8,885 nt of DNA, taken from positions 1-8,885 of the forward strand of contig CAYXSZ010000013.1 of NCBI GenBank assembly GCA_964468425.1, given 5' to 3'. The DNA is from Candidatus Woesearchaeota archaeon (GTDB taxonomy: Archaea; Nanobdellota; Nanobdellia; Nanobdellales; Nanobdellaceae). Numbering within the stretch: position 1 is the stretch's first letter; each line of letters starts with the position of its first letter. Positions 1 through 6,202 of this stretch are shown piece by piece. A program made the position numbers and the translations under genes. The notes beneath the pieces are model-generated. The model had not been told where the DNA came from. It saw nothing but the letters and a program-made list of their open reading frames with translations, and searched no databases.

Positions 1-34
1 TAGAGTCCCAAGGGGTTACTATTCTCTCATTCAT
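1..34 (-). CDS. Possible 5' end of a leftward gene running off the window (MNERIVTPWDS...)
   Basis: The ATG at 34-32 (minus) opens a frame that stays open to base 1, only 11 codons. An AT-rich TATA-like box (reverse complement of 57-68, TAAAATTTAGAA) lies about 28 nt upstream, the same geometry as other starts here. It is too short to identify. Confidence 0.25.
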   Translation of the reverse strand, partial: MNERIVTPWDS

Positions 35-79
35 AATAGCTTATTTAACTTTTGTTTTCTAAATTTTATCATTTGAGCT

Positions 80-166
<87 letters not shown>

Positions 167-197
167 CTTTAATTTTAAACAAACAAAACGAAATTCT

Positions 198-210
198 AAA
201 AATAAATAAA
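198..210 (-). terminator. Oligo-T tract after the eL19 stop (putative archaeal terminator)
   Basis: The minus strand directly after the stop (213-215) reads TCTTTATTTATTTTTAG. Its T5 run corresponds to plus A198-A202. Confidence 0.4.
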
Positions 211-212
211 GA

Positions 213-659
213 TTATTCGATGTATCGTCTTTCCTTGAGCCAAAAGAGTAGGTGAGATCTAGATCTGAAGTAACCTCCTTTGCACATCATGTAAAGCTTT
301 CTGTAAAGCTTTCTATCTATCTTACCTTTTTGTTTAAGAGTTCTGAGAAGTCTTCTTAAAGCTCTAATTTTATTGATCCATTCTTCCTTCTTATTAGTTC
401 TTGCTCCCCGAGCTCCCTTTCTTCTCCCATAACCTCTCCTCCTTCCTTTTTTTCTTTGAAGGTGTCTAACCCTCGCCCAGTACCTCGTTTGTCCATCAAC
501 GGGTAGAACTTTTATAACACCTTTTTCGATGAGAACTCGAATGTCGTCTTTTGTAAGAGCTTTTGAAACTTCTTCAAGTTTAGTAGGATCTATCCAGATT
601 CTATCTTTGCCTACTCCTGCAACATCTGCAGCCATTCGCTTCTGGATGGAGACATCCAT
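213..659 (-). CDS. rpl19e: 50S ribosomal protein L19e (eL19)
   Basis: 148 aa. MDVSIQKRMAADVAGVGKDRIWIDP...TKDDIR.LI..G...RKKGRRRGYGRRKGARGAR...YRKLYMMCKGGYFRS matches the archaeal eL19 family along its full length, with typical size. Confidence 0.95.
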   Translation of the reverse strand: MDVSIQKRMAADVAGVGKDRIWIDPTKLEEVSKALTKDDIRVLIEKGVIKVLPVDGQTRYWARVRHLQRKKGRRRGYGRRKGARGARTNKKEEWINKIRALRRLLRTLKQKGKIDRKLYRKLYMMCKGGYFRSRSHLLFWLKERRYIE

Positions 660-681
660 TTTCTATGTAGGAGTATAGTTT

Positions 682-1128
682 TTAAAATCTGGTAACTACT
701 TCTCCACCAGCTTCCCGAATCTTCTCTATCGCGGATTCAGATGCGTAGTCCGTAACCACTCTTACTGGCACTGAAATTGTTCCCGATCCAAGCAATTTAT
801 TGTAACCTAATTCTTTTAAGTTTATAACTATTTTTCCATCCTCTTCTTTAAGATTTCCTTGAGACTTGAGCTTGAAAATTAAATCTTCTAGCTGATAAAG
901 GTTTATTTCTCGAACTTCTCTTCTTCTTGGTGGGACAAAGCCTCTTTTGTCCTTGAACTTTTCAGGATTTTCTTTAAGGATTTTCAGGAGCTTTTGCTTC
1001 TTAAACCTCCATCCGGCGTTTCCTCTTCCTCCCCTACATCCAGCTCCCCTGTTTCTATCGTTTTTACCCCTTCGAGCATAACGTTTTCCGAGGTATTTCT
1101 TGTACTTCTTTTTTCGTCGAACTACCAT
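682..1128 (-). CDS. rpl15: 50S ribosomal protein L15 (uL15)
   Basis: 148 aa. Contains the RGAGCRGGRGNAG glycine-rich motif, the ...LGYNKLLGSG... segment and C-terminal ...AIEKIREAGGEVV, all typical of archaeal uL15. The gap to eL19 downstream is 22 nt, so they are probably co-transcribed. Confidence 0.93.
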   Translation of the reverse strand: MVVRRKKKYKKYLGKRYARRGKNDRNRGAGCRGGRGNAGWRFKKQKLLKILKENPEKFKDKRGFVPPRRREVREINLYQLEDLIFKLKSQGNLKEEDGKIVINLKELGYNKLLGSGTISVPVRVVTDYASESAIEKIREAGGEVVTRF

Positions 1129-1181
1129 TTTTTAAATTGCAATAAGACTTTTATATTCTTTATCCGGAAGAGTATAATCGC
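1129..1181. promoter_or_regulatory. Divergent promoter region for uL15 (minus) and tRNA-His (plus)
   Basis: A single strong TATA-like element, CTTTTATATTC (1148-1158), is centred about 25 nt from the uL15 ATG (1128) and about 29 nt from tRNA-His G-1 (1182). No other comparably placed AT box is present. Confidence 0.5.
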
Positions 1182-1253
1182 GGCCCCGGTGGTGTAGCGG
1201 CAGCACGCGGGACTGTGGATCCCGTAGGCCGGGTTCGAATCCCGGCCGGGGCC
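1182..1253 (+). tRNA. tRNA-His (anticodon GUG) with genomically encoded G-1
   Basis: 72 nt. G-1 (1182) lies opposite discriminator C1253. Acceptor stem GCCCCGG/CCGGGGC. D stem GTGT/GCAC. Anticodon arm CGGGA-CTGTGGA-TCCCG. 4-nt variable loop. T arm CCGGG-TTCGAAT-CCCGG. No encoded CCA. Confidence 0.95.
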
Positions 1254-1260
1254 TTAAGAA

Positions 1261-3045
1261 TTATTCCAAATACATTTCCAAGATTTCTACAACTTTTTCT
1301 TTTCCTAAAGCTGCAATCAAGCTTACTATCTTTGGTCCTGCGTCTTTGTTTATCAAAATTTTATAGAGTTTTTTGTAGAAGTCTTTAGGACTTGTCTTCT
1401 CTTTGATTATCAAATGTATTTTAGTTTGAACTTCCTCAAAATCTATTTTATCGAGAGTTTTTATGTATTCTGCGATTTCTCTCAGTAGATCTTTTTCAAT
1501 CTCTGTTAATTCTATATTCACTTTTTCTTCACCAAGTGAAATTCTTAAATATTCAGGAGCATAATTTCTTCCCCAGTAACCTGCCTTTCTTACACGATCC
1601 AACACTCTTAGGGCTTCTAAGAACCCAAGATTCCTTTCCAAGTGTCCAGTTCTCGTGAGAACTTCATCAATTTTTGAAATTGTTTCTTTAATGAGGTTCT
1701 CGTCAAGACTATCAAGAATTTCGATTGTTGGCTTATGAGTATTTACGAGAAGTTTCTCCGGAAGCAGAAGCTGACCAATTATTGCACAAAAGTTGTATGG
1801 AACTCTGAGTGGTTTTTTATTTTCAATTTTTCCGTGGGTTACCAAATAATAAACTGTGAGTTCTTCGTAGCTTGCGAGGTTTCTTTCTGAAACTGTTTTA
1901 GAATCTAAAGAATCTATCGAAAGCTCTCCCGACCTTATCAGTTCTATTGTTCGATAAACCTTTTCCTCGAGAGCGTCAAATTCATTTACTAATAAGTGAA
2001 TGTTTTTCAAATCTATATCCCGAGCTACTCCCGGTCTCTTTGTGTAGAAATAAAGAAACACTTCAGGTTCGATTATTTTCAAGAATTCCGTGATATTCCA
2101 AAGATTTCCCTTCGAGCCCGACATTTTCTTTCCATTTACAGTGAAGAACTCATACACTACTGGAATTGGAGCCTCATAGTTAAACACTTCTTTAGCTATC
2201 TTTGGAGAAACTTTCCAGGATGACGTATAATGATCTTTGCCCATCGGCTCAATTATTGTTTGGAAATAAACCCAATTTAGTGCCCATTCAACATACCAAT
2301 CGAGCTTTCCAAAGCGGATAGTTGTTTTCCCCTCATATCCACAACCGTTAACCGTGGTCTTTTTTAAATGTCTTTTTTCGCATTTATAAGAAACTTCTAG
2401 CGTTTCTGGATTGTAATCTGTTACTAAAGTAGTTCCAATTCTTCCACAGTTTTGACATATCGTCGAAAATGGATAATCTCTTATATGTTCCTTTAGCTCC
2501 TTATAAATCTCGTTAATCTTATCTTTTGATTCTAAAGCTCGCTTTGTAAGTTCTATCCATTTTCCAGAGTGGTAAAGAATATTTGGAGAATAATACTCGA
2601 ACTTAACGCTGTTTAACAAACCCAATCTTTGCAGTTCATTGAAGTAAACTGAAATAAAATGCTCTGACCAGGATGTGTGACATCCGAACGGATCTGGAAT
2701 TGCACATACAGGAAATCCGTCGTAGAGTTTTTCGTATTCTTCTTTGTTTTTGAATTCAATTAGGTTTCCTTCTTTATCGCAGATAATTGGAGGAAAACCT
2801 CTAATAGGGTCTCTGTCGTCTGAGGTGAAAACGACTCTTGACTTGTGACCTAAAACTTCGATGCACTTGGCGATGAAGCAAGATCTAATAACATCATTAG
2901 CATTTCCGATGTGAAGGACTCCCGTAGGAGTATTCGCACACCTGACAGTTATTATTTCTATGTTTTCTCTATTAGCTCGTTCAATTCCCTTCTTCGCAAC
3001 CTGGACAGCCCAAAAATTCGATCTCTCAAAAATTTCTTTCCACAT
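1261..3045 (-). CDS. lysS: Lysyl-tRNA synthetase, class I
   Basis: 594 aa. HIGH-type motif TGVLHIGN and KMSKS-type motif KMSGSKGN. PDPFGCHTSWSEHF, MGKDH, VPYNFCAIIGQL and C-terminal GPKIVSLIAALGKE parallel archaeal class I LysRS (Pyrococcus-type sequence, from memory). A Cys-containing insertion is present (CQNCG...CEKRH...GCG). Confidence 0.93.
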   Translation of the reverse strand: MWKEIFERSNFWAVQVAKKGIERANRENIEIITVRCANTPTGVLHIGNANDVIRSCFIAKCIEVLGHKSRVVFTSDDRDPIRGFPPIICDKEGNLIEFKNKEEYEKLYDGFPVCAIPDPFGCHTSWSEHFISVYFNELQRLGLLNSVKFEYYSPNILYHSGKWIELTKRALESKDKINEIYKELKEHIRDYPFSTICQNCGRIGTTLVTDYNPETLEVSYKCEKRHLKKTTVNGCGYEGKTTIRFGKLDWYVEWALNWVYFQTIIEPMGKDHYTSSWKVSPKIAKEVFNYEAPIPVVYEFFTVNGKKMSGSKGNLWNITEFLKIIEPEVFLYFYTKRPGVARDIDLKNIHLLVNEFDALEEKVYRTIELIRSGELSIDSLDSKTVSERNLASYEELTVYYLVTHGKIENKKPLRVPYNFCAIIGQLLLPEKLLVNTHKPTIEILDSLDENLIKETISKIDEVLTRTGHLERNLGFLEALRVLDRVRKAGYWGRNYAPEYLRISLGEEKVNIELTEIEKDLLREIAEYIKTLDKIDFEEVQTKIHLIIKEKTSPKDFYKKLYKILINKDAGPKIVSLIAALGKEKVVEILEMYLE

Positions 3046-3080
3046 AATAATCTTTAAATCGATTCAGTTTAAAAGAGTTT
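3046..3080. promoter_or_regulatory. Interleaved divergent promoters for lysS (minus) and the C/D sRNA (plus)
   Basis: CTTTAAAT (3052-3059) lies about 26 nt upstream of 3081 on the plus strand. GTTTAAAAG (3067-3075, minus CTTTTAAAC) lies about 26 nt upstream of the lysS ATG at 3045. Confidence 0.5.
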
Positions 3081-3135
3081 GTGTGAGGAATACGATGTCG
3101 TCTGAGTTGTGAAGAGGAGCTCTCGCCCTGATCAT
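3081..3135 (+). ncRNA. Box C/D sRNA (2'-O-methylation guide), dual guide
   Basis: Order of elements: C box GTGAGGA (3083-3089), 12 nt, D' box CTGA (3102-3105), GTT, C' box GTGAAGA (3109-3115), 12 nt, D box CTGA (3128-3131). Both spacers are exactly 12 nt. The box deviations occur only at position 5. The region is a GC-rich island in an AT-rich spacer, with a TATA box at about -26 and a T5 run at 3145-3149. The reverse strand lacks the pattern. Confidence 0.75.
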
Positions 3136-3764
3136 ATCTTAAGCTTTTTCTTTAACTCCCGAAACTTATCTTCTGTTGGATAGAAATCTTTGTAGTAATT
3201 CATTTTATCCAGTAACCAGTTTAAAATAACTATAGTTTGAGACGAAAAGTAAGCCAAATCTCCAAGAGACACAAACGTTGATTTATCCTTTAGCCATTTT
3301 AATTCTTTTTTTGGAATTCCGAGAAAGTCTCCTATAACAAAAACGGGATTTTTGATTTCAACATCTTCTATGAACTCGCCAGATTTGTCTAATACATAAA
3401 CGTTCCTTCCGCTTTTAGCGTAATCCTCGATGAGCTCTCTGAATGATCGTTTTTCTACAGTAACTCCAGGAAATGGGTTAGTGATACTTTTTCTCCTAAA
3501 TTTTTTAAGGGACGATGCCAAGAGAGAAGTAACATCCTTCTTTGACCATGGAGTTCTTGGATTTGACTCGATTTTCAAACGAATTGGAGGAATTGGTGGA
3601 CCGTTCAAGGATAAATCAAATACGACATTCTTTCTTAGTCCATTTGAAATAAAAAAAGCGTGAATCAACGAATTGACAAGAACATCTATCCTTCCGGATC
3701 TGTATATATCTTTGAACTCTCCGTCAGTTCTAACTGTGTTTGAATAAAAGACGAAAATCCGCAT
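3132..3764 (-). CDS. trmY: tRNA (pseudouridine54-N1)-methyltransferase TrmY (SPOUT, DUF358/COG1901)
   Basis: 210 aa. GRIDVLVNSLIHAFFISNGLRKNV...LNGPPIPP.RLKIE...GVTVEKRSF.ELIEDY...VYVLDKSGE...NPVFVIGDFLGIP..E...L parallels the Mj1640/TrmY family pattern as I recall it. The size is typical. Confidence 0.75.
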   Translation of the reverse strand: MRIFVFYSNTVRTDGEFKDIYRSGRIDVLVNSLIHAFFISNGLRKNVVFDLSLNGPPIPPIRLKIESNPRTPWSKKDVTSLLASSLKKFRRKSITNPFPGVTVEKRSFRELIEDYAKSGRNVYVLDKSGEFIEDVEIKNPVFVIGDFLGIPKKELKWLKDKSTFVSLGDLAYFSSQTIVILNWLLDKMNYYKDFYPTEDKFRELKKKLKI

Positions 3765-3766
3765 AT

Positions 3767-4165
3767 TTATTTAATCGCAAACTTGCTTAATACTCTTTCG
3801 ATTTCATTTAAAACTTCTTTGGCATCGCTGTAATAAAATAAATGAGTTTTGCAGAAACAATCTGTCGAGCCAAATTTTTTAAAAACTGTTTTACCCTTGA
3901 GTGCGTTAGCAACTTTGCATTCTATTTTAAATTCGCTAGGAAGTAAAACACAAGCTAGTATTCTTGAGTGCTCCAATAAATAATCTATGTGCCACCTCTT
4001 TCGCTTTTCAGATTTTAAATGCCTTTTTACGCGATCTGCAAGTGAATTCATGGCAGAACCAACATAAATATAAAAACCTGATGGGAACTTCGCTTCTTTG
4101 TTCATGATCTTCAGAGTTATCGGATTTTCCAGAAAAATAACCAGTAAGTAGCACCCCCTATTCAT
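3767..4165 (-). CDS. DUF123 (COG1833) GIY-YIG/Uri-superfamily nuclease-like protein, function unknown
   Basis: 132 aa. GCYLLVIFL...GFYIYVGSAMNSLADRVKRHLKSEKRKRWHIDYLL...ECKVA...FGSTDCFCKTHLFY carries the hallmark DUF123 motifs. The stop lies 2 nt before the trmY ATG. Confidence 0.85.
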   Translation of the reverse strand: MNRGCYLLVIFLENPITLKIMNKEAKFPSGFYIYVGSAMNSLADRVKRHLKSEKRKRWHIDYLLEHSRILACVLLPSEFKIECKVANALKGKTVFKKFGSTDCFCKTHLFYYSDAKEVLNEIERVLSKFAIK

Positions 4166-4225
4166 TGTCGTTCCTTGTCGTTAACGAGCTGTCGTTTTGT
4201 CGTTGATCTCTGTCGTGCTGTCGTT
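4166..4225. repeat. Six direct copies of YTGTCGTT (minus strand AACGACA), arranged as three roughly 21-bp units
   Basis: TGTCGT occurs at 4166, 4176, 4190, 4198, 4211 and 4219, giving pairs spaced 10, 8 and 8 nt. Pair starts are 24 and 21 bp apart (21-22 bp when measured between the upstream members of each pair on the minus strand). The copies fill the whole spacer between the GPN-GTPase stop (4230) and the DUF123 ATG (4165). Confidence 0.9.
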
Positions 4226-4229
4226 CATA

Positions 4230-4949
4230 TTAGATATCCCCGCAGGTGCAAAATAACTCCTCTATCATACACTTTACTTGATAAAAATCTTTGTCGTGCT
4301 TTGCTGAGATGAATATAGGTCTTTTCCAGATTGTAGAATATTCGTAAAATTCTGAGAAGCAATTGGCGATTAGCTCAGAAAGAGCATCCTTTTCTTTAAG
4401 CTCTTTAAAGTAAGTTCCGCAAATAATTTTACTTTTAACTTCTTCTAAGTTCTTAATTAAGTCTTTTTTGTTAATAATCGTTAGAGCTTCCGTTTCGAGC
4501 CTCAGAGCGATAATAACACTCCAAGCGAGAACGCCTACAAAATTTTCAGGAGATAAAACATCGAGAGCGTCGATTAAGAAAAGTAGAGCTACATCTCGAT
4601 CTATTTTTCGAAATTCTTCGAGAATTTTCTTACCACAATCTCTGTAAAGAAACAACTCGAGTTGACCTGGTGTATCTACGATTTTCCAGCGAGTGTCGGG
4701 AAATTTTTCGATGAGATTGTCTATGTAATGCAGAGAGATCTCGATGGATTTTATTATTGCCGAATTTGGTCCAATGTTGTATTTCTTCATGACTTCTTCA
4801 GCCTTTACAAATTCTCGAATAGATACATCGCACTTTAGATCGTTCCCCGGATCCAAGTTAACTAAGCAAGAATCTTCTATATACTCCGAAAATTTCTGAG
4901 AAAATGTTGTTTTTCCCGAACCCGCCGTTCCAAGGACAAAGACTATCAT
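4230..4949 (-). CDS. GPN-loop GTPase (PAB0955/Npa3/XAB1 family)
   Basis: 239 aa. P-loop GTAGSGKTT, NLDPG, the GPN motif (NIGPNSAI), DTPGQLELF, NKKDL and C-terminal FCTCGDI. All resemble archaeal PAB0955-type GPN GTPases. Confidence 0.9.
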   Translation of the reverse strand: MIVFVLGTAGSGKTTFSQKFSEYIEDSCLVNLDPGNDLKCDVSIREFVKAEEVMKKYNIGPNSAIIKSIEISLHYIDNLIEKFPDTRWKIVDTPGQLELFLYRDCGKKILEEFRKIDRDVALLFLIDALDVLSPENFVGVLAWSVIIALRLETEALTIINKKDLIKNLEEVKSKIICGTYFKELKEKDALSELIANCFSEFYEYSTIWKRPIFISAKHDKDFYQVKCMIEELFCTCGDI

Positions 4950-4983
4950 TAAATTTTAAACAGTTTAAAATTCTAATTATTTT
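4950..4983. promoter_or_regulatory. 34-bp divergent promoter region with a 21-bp perfect palindrome
   Basis: AATTTTAAAC-A-GTTTAAAATT spans 4952-4972. AT-rich boxes lie about 27 nt from the HIT ATG (4984) and, for CTAATTAT at 4973-4980, about 27 nt from the GPN ATG (4949). Confidence 0.5.
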
Positions 4984-5388
4984 ATGGAGGGTTGCATCTT
5001 CTGCAAAATTGTGAACAGAGAGATACCGGCGTATGTCGTATACGAAGATGACAATGTAATTGCATTTTTAGATATATTTCCGCTGTCAGAGGGGCACACT
5101 TTAGTAATACCTAAAAAGCATTACTCAAGATTATCTGAAATGCCTGAAGAAGAGGCAAAGAAATTTATAGAAAGTTTTCATAAAGTCGTTAAAATTATTG
5201 AAGAAAAGATTTCCAAGGATTACAACATAATTGTAAATCAAGGTAAGCTTGCGGGACAGGAGATAATGCATCTACATTTTCATATAGTCCCTAGATATGG
5301 TAAAGAGCAAATATTCTTGTGGAATTCCCACAAACTTACCGAGGAAGAGGTAAAAAGAGTGTTCGAAAAATTAGGAAAACAGTTTTAA
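4984..5388 (+). CDS. HIT-family (histidine triad) nucleotide hydrolase/transferase
   Basis: 134 aa. N-terminal CIFCKI, DIFPLSEGHTLVIPKKH and the histidine triad HLHFHIVPR. Confidence 0.9.
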   Translation: MEGCIFCKIVNREIPAYVVYEDDNVIAFLDIFPLSEGHTLVIPKKHYSRLSEMPEEEAKKFIESFHKVVKIIEEKISKDYNIIVNQGKLAGQEIMHLHFHIVPRYGKEQIFLWNSHKLTEEEVKRVFEKLGKQF

Positions 5389-5426
5389 TTTTTTAATTTT
5401 CAGAATTTTAACTATAGGCTCTCACT

Positions 5427-5501
5427 GGGGCCGTAGTCTAGCCTGGCAAGGATGCCGGCCTGGGGCGCCGGTGGTCGCGGGTTCGAATCCCGCCGGCCCC
5501 A
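5427..5501 (+). tRNA. tRNA-Pro (anticodon GGG)
   Basis: 75 nt. Acceptor stem GGGGCCG/CGGCCCC. Anticodon arm CCGGC-CTGGGGC-GCCGG. T arm GCGGG-TTCGAAT-CCCGC. Discriminator A5501. No encoded CCA. Confidence 0.95.
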
Positions 5502-5548
5502 ATCTATAAACAGATAAAAAGAACAAATCTAAATTGTTATAGAATTCT

Positions 5549-5554
5549 AAAAAA
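5549..5554 (-). terminator. T6 tract immediately after the eL14 stop (putative operon terminator)
   Basis: The minus strand reads TAG-TTTTTT-AG, with the stop at 5555-5557. Oligo-T is the usual archaeal termination signal. Confidence 0.5.
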
Positions 5555-5929
5555 CTAAGCGTTAATCTTAATTTCTGCCTTTTTTCCAGGAGAACCTAAG
5601 GATTTTGCAACCTCTTCCCAGCTTTCTCCAAATTTATCTTTATAGATATTTATGATATCCTGCGACAATAGATTGTCTCTCCTAAGCTTCCAATAAGAGA
5701 CAGGAATACCATTTTCAAGCATAGCTTTGACAACTTCCTCGGTGGAAGCTCCTGGTTTTATGTCAAGTCTCTTAGGAAGGGGTTCTAGGTGCTTTATGTT
5801 GACTCTTCTTCGTTTGAGATCCCCATCAACAATTACAAAGTTTTCATCAATTATATCGACTACGACGCACCTCCTTCCAGCTTCTCTTCCACGAATTTTA
5901 ACGCAAACTCTCCCGACTTCGATTACCAT
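5555..5929 (-). CDS. rpl14e: 50S ribosomal protein L14e (eL14) with an unusual C-terminal extension
   Basis: The N-terminal ~80 aa, [36 protein letters not shown]...[11 protein letters not shown]...[12 protein letters not shown], match archaeal eL14 (KOW-like). About 40 extra C-terminal residues have no counterpart in the ~80-96 aa archaeal proteins I recall. Confidence 0.85.
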   Translation of the reverse strand: MVIEVGRVCVKIRGREAGRRCVVVDIIDENFVIVDGDLKRRRVNIKHLEPLPKRLDIKPGASTEEVVKAMLENGIPVSYWKLRRDNLLSQDIINIYKDKFGESWEEVAKSLGSPGKKAEIKINA

Positions 5930-5938
5930 TTAAAGTTT

Positions 5939-6202
5939 TTATTGAATAGTTTTTAAAGCTTCTTCACGAATGGCTCGCTTGAGCTCTCTTTCAAGACACT
6001 GGTGACATAGATATCCTCCGTAAATTCTAGAAACTCTCTTTTGAGACTTCGGATACTTTCTCAAGCGTCTCGGATGATCTCGAACAACTCCACGCAGAGG
6101 TTTTTTACAGATGGCGCATTTAGCATAATCGCCCTTGGCTTTCTTTATTAGAACTGTTATCCTTCCTTTTGGTGTTCTACGAATTACTACTCTTTTCCCC
6201 AT
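5939..6202 (-). CDS. rpl34e: 50S ribosomal protein L34e (eL34)
   Basis: 87 aa, basic. The Cys pairs CAICKKPL...CHQC (zinc-ribbon-like) and RRTPKGR...RIYGG are typical of eL34. The position between a DUF106 protein and eL14 matches the conserved archaeal cluster. Confidence 0.9.
   Translation of the reverse strand: MGKRVVIRRTPKGRITVLIKKAKGDYAKCAICKKPLRGVVRDHPRRLRKYPKSQKRVSRIYGGYLCHQCLERELKRAIREEALKTIQ

Noticed and set aside
255-266. AGATCTAGATCT 12-bp palindrome (tandem BglII-type sites)
   Set aside because: It lies inside the conserved C-terminal coding region of eL19 (...FRSRSHL...). A single occurrence with no associated structure is most likely coincidental.
3096-3106. Sequence links from the sRNA D' guide. 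It contains TGTCGT, the same heptamer core as the 4166-4225 repeats, and TGTCGTCTGAG recurs at 2814-2824 (antisense of lysS)
   Set aside because: Six nucleotides of complementarity to AACGACA is too little for a 12-nt guide. The 11-mer match (about 16 of 18 with a 2-nt gap) is within chance expectation for 8.9 kb. The lysS site also lacks flanking C and D boxes at the correct spacing.
4181-4228. 15-codon micro-ORF (MNDSTTEINDKTTAR) inside the heptamer repeat spacer, in frame with DUF123
   Set aside because: The heptamers fall in different reading frames because their spacings are not multiples of 3, so the repeat is a nucleotide-level feature. There is no evidence for a leader peptide or for stop read-through.
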